Positions 1-10,144 of a stretch of 60,633 bases of DNA are shown here, in pieces (the first letter of the stretch is position 1; the number at the start of each line of letters is the position of its first letter). The notes beneath the pieces were generated by a model. It did not search any database and was not told where the DNA came from. It saw nothing but the letters and a program-made list of their open reading frames with translations. This DNA is from Escherichia phage Dru_SM1. The stretch lies in sequence record PP596835.1; one strand, written 5' to 3'. The position numbers and the translations under genes were made by a program.

Positions 1-11
1 AGGGGGCTTCC

Positions 12-569
12 ATGAACGGGGCAAGTCAAGAGCAATATGATCGTGACTGGACGAATTACATCCAGTATGCAAATAGCTTGTCCGCTGAAGAGATGGCAAT
101 ACGTGACAAAGTTGTTGCTGAGTACATGTTCGACTACAATTGGACTAACGCTTGCATGAGATGCGGGTTCAATGCTATGTTTGCACAGGAGCTTGGCCAA
201 CGCTTTGCCACGGACTGTTATGTTCGATGGAAGCTCAAGGAGATTGAAAGATCCCGTGTTCAACGTACTTCTGAGCAAGCTAACATTGAAGCAGACCTTG
301 AGCGTCAGCATATCATTGAAGCATTAAAACGTGAAGCTCATTATACAGGACCGGGATCTTCTCAAGCTGCTAGAGTCGCCGCATTGGGCAAGCTTGCACA
401 AATTTATGATTTGGATGCTCCCAAGAAGGCTAAGATTGATGTTACTAACAGAGGCGGCGTAATGATAGTCCCTGCTGTAGCAAATATTGACGAATGGGAA
501 AAAACTGCATCCGAGTCTCAACAACGACTAGTTAAAGAGACTGAAGATGGAGCTAAACCGACAACCTGA
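12..569 (+). CDS. putative terminase small subunit
   Basis: 185-aa ORF directly upstream of and overlapping the large terminase gene; AGGGGG RBS before ATG at 12; assigned by position only. Confidence 0.45.
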   Translation: MNGASQEQYDRDWTNYIQYANSLSAEEMAIRDKVVAEYMFDYNWTNACMRCGFNAMFAQELGQRFATDCYVRWKLKEIERSRVQRTSEQANIEADLERQHIIEALKREAHYTGPGSSQAARVAALGKLAQIYDLDAPKKAKIDVTNRGGVMIVPAVANIDEWEKTASESQQRLVKETEDGAKPTT

Positions 570-2106
570 TAACATGCCGCGAGTCGTCTGGAAACCACAT
601 CCAGGTTCACAGACACTCGCTCTATCCTGCCCCGCTGATATTATCTTATACCATGGAACTCGCGGTCCTGGAAAAACGGACTGCCAGCTTATGCGTTTCC
701 GTAAGAATGTTGGTGTAGGGTACGGTAAATTTTGGAAGGGTATTATATTCGACCGTGAATATAAAAACCTTGATGACCTTGTAACTAAATCCCAGCGTTG
801 GTTTCCTGAATTTAAAGACGGGGCTAAATTCCTTAGTTCTAAGTCTGATTATAAATGGGTTTGGCCTACTGGTGAAGAGCTACTGTTCCGCGTTGCTTGT
901 AAAGAAAAGGATTACTGGTCTTATCACGGTCACGAATACCCATTTATCGGATGGAACGAATTGACAAAATATCCGGACGGGCGTTTGTTTGAAGCTATGA
1001 TGTCCTGTAACCGTTCATCTTTCCTACCAGAAGATAACCCAATTATCAATCCAGATGGTACGGTTACATATTTACCGGATATCCCTCTTGAAGTGTTTGC
1101 TACCAGTAACCCGTTCGGTGCGGGGCATAACTGGGTTAAGAAACGCTTCATTGACGCTGCACCGATGGGTAAAATACTCAGGAAGACTACGCGAGTGTTT
1201 AACCCGAGGACGCAGAAAGACGAAGATGTGGTTACGACGCAATGCCATATCTTTGGTTCGTACCGTGAAAACAAAAACCTAAGTCCAAAATATATTGCAG
1301 AACTTATGTCTATCACAGACCCGAACAAGCGTGCTGCATGGTTGGGCGGGAGCTGGGATATTACATCCGGTGGTATGTTCGATGATCTGTGGCGTAGCAC
1401 TGTTCACAAAGTACGTCCATTCCCGATTCCATCAAGCTGGAAGATTACACGTTCTTTCGACTGGGGTTCTTCAAAACCATTCTCCGTTGGCTGGTGGGCT
1501 ATTAGTGATGGTTCGGATGTTGTACGTGAAGATGGTACTACATTCTCTACTGTACGCGGTGACTTGTTCCGTATTAACGAGTGGTACGGCACTAACGGTA
1601 AAACAAACGAAGGTCTACATTTGCTGGACTCAGAGATTGCAAGCGGTATACTGGAGCGGGAATTGGCCTGGGGTATACACGACCGTGTAGTTCCTGGACC
1701 TGCGGATAACTCTATTTGGGATCTGGAGAACAATAACTCTACCGCTGCAACAATGGCGAAGAAAATCCGTCTTAACGGCAAGCTGTATAACGGTATCCAT
1801 TGGAAGAGAAGTGATAAATCTGCTGGGTCGCGTAAACGCGGATGGCAGAAAATGCGTGAGTTTCTTAAAGCTGCATTGCGGGAAGATGCAAACGGTAAAC
1901 CTTTGCCCGGTCCGCGCGAGAATCCAGCAATGTACATTTTTGATAACTGCAACTATTTCTTTGAGCTGGTTCCAAGTCTGCCTCGCGATGAAGTGGATCA
2001 GGACGACGTTGATACGGAATGTGAAGACCATATGGGTGATGAAGTTCGTTATATGGTTCTGGATCAAGCTGTTTATACAGGTGTTGGCAAAACTATCGGT
2101 ATTTAA
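547..2106 (+). CDS. terL: terminase large subunit
   Basis: 519-aa ORF; N-terminal P-loop-like ATPase motif (YHGTRGPGKTD); acidic C-terminal region; sits between putative small subunit and portal. Confidence 0.8.
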   Translation: MELNRQPDNMPRVVWKPHPGSQTLALSCPADIILYHGTRGPGKTDCQLMRFRKNVGVGYGKFWKGIIFDREYKNLDDLVTKSQRWFPEFKDGAKFLSSKSDYKWVWPTGEELLFRVACKEKDYWSYHGHEYPFIGWNELTKYPDGRLFEAMMSCNRSSFLPEDNPIINPDGTVTYLPDIPLEVFATSNPFGAGHNWVKKRFIDAAPMGKILRKTTRVFNPRTQKDEDVVTTQCHIFGSYRENKNLSPKYIAELMSITDPNKRAAWLGGSWDITSGGMFDDLWRSTVHKVRPFPIPSSWKITRSFDWGSSKPFSVGWWAISDGSDVVREDGTTFSTVRGDLFRINEWYGTNGKTNEGLHLLDSEIASGILERELAWGIHDRVVPGPADNSIWDLENNNSTAATMAKKIRLNGKLYNGIHWKRSDKSAGSRKRGWQKMREFLKAALREDANGKPLPGPRENPAMYIFDNCNYFFELVPSLPRDEVDQDDVDTECEDHMGDEVRYMVLDQAVYTGVGKTIGI

Positions 2107-2117
2107 CTGGAGGGTAT

Positions 2118-3614
2118 ATGGGTATTGATGCAACTCACCCGCTATATGACAAGTGGAAGGACGCATGGGTTAAGTGCAACGACTGCTATGAGGGTGAAGA
2201 TAAAATTAAGGAAGAAGGTGTTAAATATCTACCACCTTTAGCTTCCATGATTATTGATGGGATGAATAATCCTAATGATTTGGGCTTTCAACGTTGGCTC
2301 GCTTATCGTCTGCGTGCTAACTTCCCTGACGATTATTCAAGTGCGGTTACAAACAATTTAGGTCTGCTACACCAGAAGCCTCCTACAATCCAGCTCCCAC
2401 CTGAAATGGAATACATGCGGGAGCTGTGTACTGCGGACGGTGAAGACATTATTGCTCTGCTACGTCGCATCAATGAAATGCAGTTAAAAAATGGACGTTT
2501 GGGCCTGCTGCTGGACTTGCCGAAAGGTGAGGATGTAAATAACAGACCTTATATTAGCGTTTATGATGCGTTATCCATTATCAACTGGGATGATGGTAAA
2601 GATGAATTGGGCAATATCAACTTGAACATGGTTGTTCTGGATGAAAGCGGTCCTGTACGTGTCAATCAGTTTGACTGGAAAGAAGAGAAGCGTTATCGCG
2701 TTCTACAATTAGGTCCAATGGACACAGATGAAGTAGCAGGTGGAGCAGTCTACTCCCAACATCTGTTTATTAACAATACCAATTATGATGAAGGGCAAAT
2801 GATTGCTCCTTATTATAAAGGTAATACGCTGGATGAAATTCCTTTCCAGTTTGTCAATACAACAGATATTACCCCAGCACCGGAAGCGCCGCCATTGTTG
2901 GGTCTTGCTAACATTTGTCTAAGCATGTACCGAAGTGACGCGGATTACCGCCAATGCTTGCATATGCAGGGTCAGGATACTTTAGTTGTTGTTGGTGGTT
3001 CCATGGAAAATGGAGATAAAGCCCCTCAGCGTATTGGTCCTGGCGCTGTCATTAACGTTGCTATTGGTGGTGACGCTAAATATGTAGGTGTTAGCGGTGA
3101 CGGTTTGTCCGAGCAACGTCTCGCACTGGCAGCGGATAAGCAGGAAGCCCAAATTAAAGCCGGGCAAATGGTAAACAACACCAAGAGCACGCAGGAATCA
3201 GGCGAAGCTATGAAAACGCGTATTGCTGCGCGTACAGCTAGCCTGATTCGAATTGCGTATACTGGTGCGGCAGGTTTGGAAAACTTGCTGAAGGTTTGCG
3301 CTAAATGGATGGGTGCTGATCCAGAGAAAGTTGTGGTTAAGCCTAATCTTGAATTTACCAAGAGCATGTTTAACGGTCAGGACTTTGTTCAAATTATTAC
3401 TGCACGCAACCTTAAGGCTCCACTCAGCTTGCAGTCTATCCATGGCTGGCTTGTTGATCAGGGCTTAACCACACTAAGCTTTGAAGAAGAAATGGCAATT
3501 CTTGAAGAAGAGCTTAAGAAGTGGCCTCTGCCCGATGATGCTAAGGCTGATTTAAACGCAGAGCAGCAAGTAAACAAAGATCCTAAGGAAGACGACGCTT
3601 CCGATAAAGAATAG
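2118..3614 (+). CDS. portal protein
   Basis: 498-aa ORF immediately after terL with GGAGGG RBS; size, acidic C-terminus and position typical of portal proteins. Confidence 0.65.
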   Translation: MGIDATHPLYDKWKDAWVKCNDCYEGEDKIKEEGVKYLPPLASMIIDGMNNPNDLGFQRWLAYRLRANFPDDYSSAVTNNLGLLHQKPPTIQLPPEMEYMRELCTADGEDIIALLRRINEMQLKNGRLGLLLDLPKGEDVNNRPYISVYDALSIINWDDGKDELGNINLNMVVLDESGPVRVNQFDWKEEKRYRVLQLGPMDTDEVAGGAVYSQHLFINNTNYDEGQMIAPYYKGNTLDEIPFQFVNTTDITPAPEAPPLLGLANICLSMYRSDADYRQCLHMQGQDTLVVVGGSMENGDKAPQRIGPGAVINVAIGGDAKYVGVSGDGLSEQRLALAADKQEAQIKAGQMVNNTKSTQESGEAMKTRIAARTASLIRIAYTGAAGLENLLKVCAKWMGADPEKVVVKPNLEFTKSMFNGQDFVQIITARNLKAPLSLQSIHGWLVDQGLTTLSFEEEMAILEEELKKWPLPDDAKADLNAEQQVNKDPKEDDASDKE

Positions 3615-3710
3615 TTGCAACTTCCAAATTGATTGGTTTATATTAACGAACACGGGGCTGGGACGGCTCAGCTCCAAAAAACGTCACACGGGTGACAACG
3701 GAGATAAGAA

Positions 3711-4583
3711 ATGAAAAAGAGTTCTGTAGCTATTAATGTTGGTATGGCTTTGATTAATCCACGCGCTCGCGGTGAAGGTGATGTGGAACTGGAATACGAA
3801 TATGCATCTGCGGAAGAGATCCCGGCAGAGTTTGCTGCTCTTTACGCAGAGCAGGGTGGTAAATACGTTCTTGCAAAAGTTAAAGGTGTAGCCCCTGCTG
3901 ATAGCGTTCGTCGTCTGGAGAGTGCATTAGCAAAAGAACGTAACGATCATCGTCAGGTGAAGCAACAGATTAGCGCACTTGGGCGTCCGGTTGAAGAAGT
4001 CCTTGCGGACCTTGATCGTATCCCTCAACTGGAAGCTGCTGCTAACGGTAAAGGTACTCCGGAAGACATCGAAAAGATGATTAAAGCCCGTCTTGCTCCG
4101 CTCGAGCGTCAATTGCAAACTGTAGCAGCTGAACGCGATTCCGTTAAACAGGAAATTGAAGGCTACCGCACTCGCGAAACTAAAGCGAAGATTAAAGATG
4201 CAGTTATTGCCGCTGCTTCTGGTGCTAAATTGCGTCCATCTGCTATCGAAGACGCTGTAACTTATGCACAGTTGCAGATGACCGTCGACGAGAACGGCAA
4301 TGTGGTTACGAAAGATGGGGCTGGTGTAACTCCATACCTAACTCCGGCGGATTGGCTTAACGAGATCCTCCCGAAACGTCCTCACTGGGTTGAAGGTTCT
4401 GCTGGTGGCGGTGCATCTGGTCCTGGCGCTGGCGGCCATCACGGTGAAGACCCATACAGTCACGACGGTTGGAACATCTCTAAGCAGATGAACCTCTGGA
4501 AAACTAACCAATCTTTAGCTAAACGCTTAGCTGAAAAGAATGGCGTAGATCCGCTGAAGCCTGTACGTCCTGCTAAGAAATAA
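3711..4583 (+). CDS. putative scaffolding protein
   Basis: 290-aa charged Ala/Glu/Lys-rich protein between portal and major capsid genes; Gly-rich C-terminal segment. Confidence 0.45.
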   Translation: MKKSSVAINVGMALINPRARGEGDVELEYEYASAEEIPAEFAALYAEQGGKYVLAKVKGVAPADSVRRLESALAKERNDHRQVKQQISALGRPVEEVLADLDRIPQLEAAANGKGTPEDIEKMIKARLAPLERQLQTVAAERDSVKQEIEGYRTRETKAKIKDAVIAAASGAKLRPSAIEDAVTYAQLQMTVDENGNVVTKDGAGVTPYLTPADWLNEILPKRPHWVEGSAGGGASGPGAGGHHGEDPYSHDGWNISKQMNLWKTNQSLAKRLAEKNGVDPLKPVRPAKK

Positions 4584-4597
4584 GTTGACATCCCGAC

Positions 4598-4630
4598 GTC
4601 CCTGATGTTAAGTTTCAACACATCAGGGAC
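4598..4630 (+). other. stem-loop between scaffold and capsid genes (10-bp stem GTCCCTGATG / CATCAGGGAC), preceded by TTGACA at 4585-4590; no U-tract
   Basis: inverted repeat read directly from sequence; function not established. Confidence 0.5.
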
Positions 4631-4705
4631 ACGGGTTCCTAAACAGCCTTCCACGGGGAAAGGCTACCAACAGTAAACAAATCAATCCTTTTCCTGGAGA
4701 CAAGT

Positions 4706-5767
4706 ATGTCTAAATCTAAAATTATTCTACCATTTGGTCGTGGTGAAACTGACCTGACTCGTTTGAAGGATGTCATTGTCCCTGAAATCTTCACTGGTTA
4801 TGTGCAGACGCAGACCGCTGAACTTTCTGCTCTGATTCAATCCGGTGCAGTTGTAATGGACGAGCGTTTATCTGCTAACCTTGCTGGTGCAGGTTTGACT
4901 TTTAACGAGCCGTTCTATAACGACCTGAAAGATGAAGACGAAGATATCGCGGTTGATAAAGGTAATCCGTCCAAACCGTCAAATATCACTACCGGATCTG
5001 AAGTTCAGGTTCGTATGAGTCGTTCAAAATCCTGGGGTTCTGCGGATCTGGTATCTGCTTTGATTGGTAACGACCCAATGACCGCTATCGGCAACCGCGT
5101 GTCTGCGTGGTGGGTTCGCCGTCTGCAAGCTGCATACATCGCAACCTGGAAAGGTGTATTTGCTAATGCGAAGGAATCCCATAACGACGATTTGACTTTC
5201 GATATTTCCGGTTCTTCGTTTGTAAACAACCAGACCAACTTTACCGCGTCTAACTTCATCAACGCAACGGCAACGATGGGTGATGCTGCTCGTGGTCTGA
5301 CCATGATTATGGTACACTCTACCGTTCGTAACCGTATGCGTCAGTTGAACCTGATCGACTTCATTCCGGATGCTCGCGGTGAAACTCAGTTTGAGTATTA
5401 TCAGGGTCTGCGTATTATTGAAGATGACTCCATGCCGCACAATCCGACTACTGGTGTGTTTGAAAGCTGGCTGTTCGGTCCGGGCGCAACTGCAATGGGT
5501 GCTGGTTCACCGAAAGTACCGACTGCGGTTGTTCGTGACGAAGCTGCTAACAATGGCGCTGGTGAAGAAGTTCTTCACAACCGTGTTGAATGGATTCTGC
5601 ATCCAGTCGGTCATGCTTGGGCTGCTGCTCAAACTGCTAAAGGTGGTCCGTCTAACGCTGCAACTACTAACAACCTGGCCCATGCAGATTCCTGGCGTCG
5701 TGCGTTCCCTGAGCGCAAGCAGCTTAAAGTTGCTCGCCTGATTACTCGTGAGTATCAGGGTTCCTAA
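4706..5767 (+). CDS. major capsid protein
   Basis: 353-aa ORF after scaffold gene, GGAGA RBS, followed by a strong terminator; order and size typical of HK97-fold capsid proteins. Confidence 0.65.
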   Translation: MSKSKIILPFGRGETDLTRLKDVIVPEIFTGYVQTQTAELSALIQSGAVVMDERLSANLAGAGLTFNEPFYNDLKDEDEDIAVDKGNPSKPSNITTGSEVQVRMSRSKSWGSADLVSALIGNDPMTAIGNRVSAWWVRRLQAAYIATWKGVFANAKESHNDDLTFDISGSSFVNNQTNFTASNFINATATMGDAARGLTMIMVHSTVRNRMRQLNLIDFIPDARGETQFEYYQGLRIIEDDSMPHNPTTGVFESWLFGPGATAMGAGSPKVPTAVVRDEAANNGAGEEVLHNRVEWILHPVGHAWAAAQTAKGGPSNAATTNNLAHADSWRRAFPERKQLKVARLITREYQGS

Positions 5768-5798
5768 GGCTTCACTCAACGCCGCGCTGTAGTATTTT

Positions 5799-5825
5799 GG
5801 GGACATCTTATGTCCCCTTTTTTAT
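5799..5825 (+). terminator. rho-independent terminator after major capsid gene
   Basis: perfect hairpin GGGGACAT-CTT-ATGTCCCC followed by TTTTTTAT. Confidence 0.7.
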
Positions 5826-5836
5826 AGAGGTGAATT

Positions 5837-6187
5837 ATGAGATACGAACGCTATGCACATAAACGTCAATACAAACGTTATGAGCGTCATACTTCTGAAA
5901 TTGTTCCGCCCCCAGCACCACTTCCGGTCTTTACTTCACAGCCTCAATCTGTTAGCGTAAATGAAGGCGAGCAGATTACTTTAACTGCTACTGCTGAGAA
6001 CGCTAAAAGCTATAAATGGGAAAAAGATAGTGTTCCGATGGAAAGTCAGACAACTAACACTTTAACCATTGCTTCAGCTACAACAAGTGATGCTGGAAGT
6101 TATCAGCTTGTAGCAGCTAATTCAGAAGGTAAGACTACTCGCTCTAATAAAGCAACAGTAACGGTGACTCCGACTGGCGTAGTTTAA
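5837..6187 (+). CDS. Ig-like domain protein (possible capsid decoration protein)
   Basis: 116-aa ORF; C-terminal ~85 aa have the beta-strand pattern of bacterial Ig-like domains (SVSVNEGEQITLTATAE ... DAGSYQLVAANSEG ... ATVTVTP); GAGGTG RBS. Confidence 0.5.
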   Translation: MRYERYAHKRQYKRYERHTSEIVPPPAPLPVFTSQPQSVSVNEGEQITLTATAENAKSYKWEKDSVPMESQTTNTLTIASATTSDAGSYQLVAANSEGKTTRSNKATVTVTPTGVV

Positions 6188-6251
6188 GAAACATTGACCT
6201 TACTGTTAAGTTAAACGATAATTTAAGCGGTTGTAACAAAGGAATAAATCA

Positions 6252-6905
6252 ATGAAAACACTAATTGAAGCACTGTTAGAACTCGATCCGGATAACCCGA
6301 ATCATTGGACTAACGATGGTTTACCTAAAGTAGACGCTCTTCGTTTTGCTACTGCTAACCCGTCTTTGACCCGCGACGATATTACGTCCGCTGCTCCACT
6401 GTTTACTCGCGACAACCGCGTGCTGGAAGAACCGGAACCTGTTGAACCAGTTAAATCCGCTGATCCAGTTTTACATGAAGCTGTTAAACAGGAGAAAGCT
6501 CATGAGGAACAAAAGAAAATCGCGGTTGCAACGATGCAAATCGAAGTTAAGATTAGCGAAGCACTGCGTGCTCTTCTGGAGCCGGAAAAAATCGGTGACA
6601 CTTCCAGCCTAAGCGATGAAGAGCTAAAAGTGAAGAGCGAAAAGCTCGGCAATGTGGTTAAAGAGATTGCTGACACCAAGCACGCGCTGGAGCTTGCTAT
6701 TGCAGACGTTCAATCGGATCTGGATAAGATTATCGTTGAGCAGGAGCGTCGTCGTCCTAAGTCCGGTCTTACTGCAACTCAGATGTATCTTGAAGCGCAG
6801 AAAAAACGTAAACCTGAAGACATGCTTTCTGACCATCGCTTCCAGAACCCTATTGACGATCCGGTTGCCCGTATGGTTGCACGTAATATGATGCGTCGAG
6901 GTTAA
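6252..6905 (+). CDS. hypothetical head-module protein
   Basis: 217-aa acidic ORF with RBS in the head gene block. Confidence 0.4.
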   Translation: MKTLIEALLELDPDNPNHWTNDGLPKVDALRFATANPSLTRDDITSAAPLFTRDNRVLEEPEPVEPVKSADPVLHEAVKQEKAHEEQKKIAVATMQIEVKISEALRALLEPEKIGDTSSLSDEELKVKSEKLGNVVKEIADTKHALELAIADVQSDLDKIIVEQERRRPKSGLTATQMYLEAQKKRKPEDMLSDHRFQNPIDDPVARMVARNMMRRG

Positions 6906-7043
6906 CCATGGAAATGAGCCATAGACAATATGTGTTGTGGCTCCTCCGACGTAATAGAAAACGGCGTCAAGAAGACGCCGTTTCTGTTCCTGAAGAAGAG
7001 CTCCCGCCACTTATCCCTACAACCATCGCAATGAGGAAGAAAG

Positions 7044-7550
7044 ATGGAGATTCCACTGATAGTTGAAGATGGTACTGGTGTACCGGACGCCAACAGTTAT
7101 GTGACCATTGAACAAGTCCGCATGTATGCCGCAATGCGAGGTATTGTACTTCCAAGTGAAGATGAAGATCTAAAGACAAAGATCTTCGACGCTATGGATT
7201 TTGTGGAAGGGTACGGTCAACGGTTTAAGGGTTACAAAATGGACCCACAGCAACCGCTAAATTGGCCACGCTACGGGGTGTTTGTGGACGGGTTCGAGCT
7301 ACCCCAAAGCCCTTTGCCAAAGGCGCTTATAAACGCGGTTTGCCAGCTTACAGCGGACTCAGCCACCGGCGGTCCTCTTAATGGAAAAACTACTGCATAT
7401 GCAGTCAAAAGAACTAAAGTAGAAGGGCTTGAGATTGAATATGCAACTGGTAGTACCGCGCAATCCGGACCAGCAAAGACTTACGATAAAGCAATGACGT
7501 TTTTATCACCTTTGCTGGGTTATCAAATGGGTAACAGATTAATACGGTGA
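7044..7550 (+). CDS. putative head-tail connector/adaptor protein
   Basis: 168-aa ORF between head and tail genes; position-based. Confidence 0.35.
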   Translation: MEIPLIVEDGTGVPDANSYVTIEQVRMYAAMRGIVLPSEDEDLKTKIFDAMDFVEGYGQRFKGYKMDPQQPLNWPRYGVFVDGFELPQSPLPKALINAVCQLTADSATGGPLNGKTTAYAVKRTKVEGLEIEYATGSTAQSGPAKTYDKAMTFLSPLLGYQMGNRLIR

Positions 7551-7553
7551 TTT

Positions 7554-7934
7554 ATGAGCTTTCCTTATGAGCAGTTAGTTGAAGCTGCAAAGCAAATGAT
7601 TAACGACGCTGGCGTGAACTGTACCCTTGTGGTCATGGAAGAAGGAGAAGGTCAAGATGAGTGGGACGATCCTAGTGTTGAAAAACGCTACCCATTTATT
7701 GGAGCTTTTCTTTCTCCGAAGGAAAAAATGATCGGTGGGAGCCTTGTTTCTGCTGGCGAATTGAAAGTCTTAACCTATCCAATGACTCCGCCATTGACAC
7801 GCGATAAGGCAATGACTGCACGCATTGAGCGTATGTCACCGGATGGGGAACTGGAAGTGTGGACCATAAATGAGTTTGTTGATACACGACCAGCTAACGT
7901 TTCTGTTCTTTACACTTTTAAGGTGACGCGATAA
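7554..7934 (+). CDS. putative head closure / head-tail joining protein
   Basis: 126-aa ORF, tightly packed in the neck gene block. Confidence 0.3.
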   Translation: MSFPYEQLVEAAKQMINDAGVNCTLVVMEEGEGQDEWDDPSVEKRYPFIGAFLSPKEKMIGGSLVSAGELKVLTYPMTPPLTRDKAMTARIERMSPDGELEVWTINEFVDTRPANVSVLYTFKVTR

Positions 7935-8341
7935 TGGGATTCGGGGCGGATATTCGACGTGCAAGTCAGAAGGTACTTGTTCAGACAAGCGAACAGGCCA
8001 AAAAAGTCGTTGTCAAGTTCACAGAGAACGTGATACAGGATACTCCTGTTAAGACCGGACGCACAAAAGGTGGTTGGCGGTCATCCATTGGTGCGCCGTA
8101 TGCAACGGAAACTATCCGCCTCGATCCTACTGGAGAGATGGCTAAAGCTGAAGCCCGAGTTGTTGCACGTCAACTACCTAATGATAAAGACTGGACTTTT
8201 TATTTTAGCAACATGACTCCATATGCTGGCAAATTGGAGTTCTTAGGTTGGTCACAGCAAGCCCCGAACGGTATGGTTCGTATTAACGTAGCGAAGCTTC
8301 CAATGTTGATACGTCAAGCTATAGCAGAAGGAAAACTATAA
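7934..8341 (+). CDS. putative neck protein (HK97 gp10-like)
   Basis: 135-aa ORF; KTGRTKGGWRS segment resembles the gp10-family neck proteins; overlapping start/stop with neighbours. Confidence 0.4.
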   Translation: MGFGADIRRASQKVLVQTSEQAKKVVVKFTENVIQDTPVKTGRTKGGWRSSIGAPYATETIRLDPTGEMAKAEARVVARQLPNDKDWTFYFSNMTPYAGKLEFLGWSQQAPNGMVRINVAKLPMLIRQAIAEGKL

Positions 8342-8790
8342 TGCTTGGATACGATTTCATTAATGATGCATTTAATAAGATGCTACGCGAAGCAGTTGGA
8401 CCGGATATTGGTATAGCGTGGAAGAATAAGAAGTTCACACCTAAAGCCAACCAGATGTGGTTAAGGGCAATCAATGCTCCCGCTTCCACTTACGCAGCAA
8501 CGCTAGGTGATAACGGTCTGAATGAAATTCCTGGTTTCTACCAAATTACAGTATATAGCCCTTTAAACACTGGAACGTCTAAGCAGAATCAAATCTTGGA
8601 TTCTATTCGGAAAAAGTTTAAACTGGGCTTGCGTATCCCGTGCCCGGATGACCACACGTTACGGATTGTCAGTTTAGACTTTTCGCAAGGTGGACAAACT
8701 TCGCTGAACGATTTTACCAAAGGCGGGGTTGAAGATAACTGGGACGTTAACTTTATCACAATCTATTGGTCGGCTCGTGAGCCGAGGTAA
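8341..8790 (+). CDS. putative tail terminator / tail completion protein
   Basis: 149-aa ORF immediately upstream of major tail protein gene. Confidence 0.35.
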   Translation: MLGYDFINDAFNKMLREAVGPDIGIAWKNKKFTPKANQMWLRAINAPASTYAATLGDNGLNEIPGFYQITVYSPLNTGTSKQNQILDSIRKKFKLGLRIPCPDDHTLRIVSLDFSQGGQTSLNDFTKGGVEDNWDVNFITIYWSAREPR

Positions 8791-8804
8791 GAGAGGATCT
8801 AAAT

Positions 8805-9740
8805 ATGGCTACAGGTTCACGTTATTCGTGTTACTACGTCAAAGAAGATGTAAGCAACACTACGCCAGCGAGTGCGGAGTTTACTCCGTTCCGTGTGACC
8901 AGCTCCGGTCTGGACATTAATATTGCAACGCTGGAATCTGAAGAACTGCGCGATGACGCTGAAACTGCGGACTTCCGCCTCGGTGCTCGCAGTGTTGAAG
9001 GTACAGTAACGGGCGAAATGTCCTTCGGCACCTTCGATGATCTTATTGCTGCTGCACTTCGTGGGGAGTGGCAAGACAACGTCCTTAAAGGCGGTATTGT
9101 CCGTCAGTCATTTACTTTCGTAGACTATAACGCAGATCTGCCGTCAGGTAAATATACAATTTATCGCGGTTGCGAAGTTAATAGCATGACTTTCTCATTG
9201 TCTGCGGAAAACATGACCACAGTGGAATTCGGTATTGTTGGTCGCTCGATGGAGATTGCGGAATCGCTCCCATCTGGTGCAACTATCAAAGACCGTACGA
9301 CTACTTCACCGATGGATGGCTTCTCCGGTCGCTTGCTGGAAAACAACAAAGAAATCAGCGTTATTACGGAAATCGGTCTTACCGTTGAAAACGATATCTC
9401 TCCGCGCTTCGTTGTTGGCTCGAAGTTCTCCATTGAACCGTCTGCTGGTCGCCGTGCTGTAACTGGTACAGCTAACGTTTACTTCCTGGATAACAAACTG
9501 CGTAAGAAGTATCTGGATGAAGTGGAAACTTCAATCAAGTTTGATCTGATTGACCCAAGCAATCCGCAACAAAAATACACTGTGGAAATCCCTCGCGTGA
9601 AATTCACTGAAGCTCCGCGTCCTATTGACGGTGAAGGGGATATCATGCTTAATATGGGCTACCGCGGATTGCTGGACCCAACAACCGCAAGTTCCATCAA
9701 AATTACCCGCGTTCTAGCGGCAAATAAGGATAAGAGATGA
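8805..9740 (+). CDS. major tail (tube) protein
   Basis: 311-aa ORF with AGAGGA RBS, immediately upstream of the chaperone/tape-measure pair. Confidence 0.6.
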   Translation: MATGSRYSCYYVKEDVSNTTPASAEFTPFRVTSSGLDINIATLESEELRDDAETADFRLGARSVEGTVTGEMSFGTFDDLIAAALRGEWQDNVLKGGIVRQSFTFVDYNADLPSGKYTIYRGCEVNSMTFSLSAENMTTVEFGIVGRSMEIAESLPSGATIKDRTTTSPMDGFSGRLLENNKEISVITEIGLTVENDISPRFVVGSKFSIEPSAGRRAVTGTANVYFLDNKLRKKYLDEVETSIKFDLIDPSNPQQKYTVEIPRVKFTEAPRPIDGEGDIMLNMGYRGLLDPTTASSIKITRVLAANKDKR

Positions 9741-10144
9741 CCGACACCAAAAAAGCCAAAGTTGCAGTAGCTAAAAGCTTCCGTGATTTTAAAACTGTGA
9801 GCCGGGCAAACGACCCAGCAAACACTAAGCCGATGAATGTGGTTATTCCTGGTGTAGGCGACACGGGCGAAAAACTCTACATTCGTAGCCGTTACTGCAC
9901 AGAGTACCGTGATGCTGAACTGAAAGCACAGCGTCAACTGTTGGCGCTTATGCAGGGTAAAGACGGTGAAGTAACGGATGCTATGAAGGAAGATATCCTT
10001 ACCCGTTCACTGTGTAATCTTGTAGCAGGTTGGACTTTTGACGAGCCACCGACTGTTGACAACGTGTTTGAGTTCTTAACGGAGAACCCAACTGTCCGAG
10101 AAGACCTTAACGTATTTGCCGCTAAAGATAGTAATTTTTTCTAA
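9737..10144 (+). CDS. tail assembly chaperone (G-like)
   Basis: 135-aa acidic ORF between major tail protein and tape measure genes; ends at a slippery heptamer. Confidence 0.65.
   Translation: MTDTKKAKVAVAKSFRDFKTVSRANDPANTKPMNVVIPGVGDTGEKLYIRSRYCTEYRDAELKAQRQLLALMQGKDGEVTDAMKEDILTRSLCNLVAGWTFDEPPTVDNVFEFLTENPTVREDLNVFAAKDSNFF

Noticed and set aside
930-2166. Several 75-182-aa ORFs on both strands inside the large terminase gene
   Set aside because: Fully embedded in a gene with strong motif support; no RBS; typical overlapping-frame noise.
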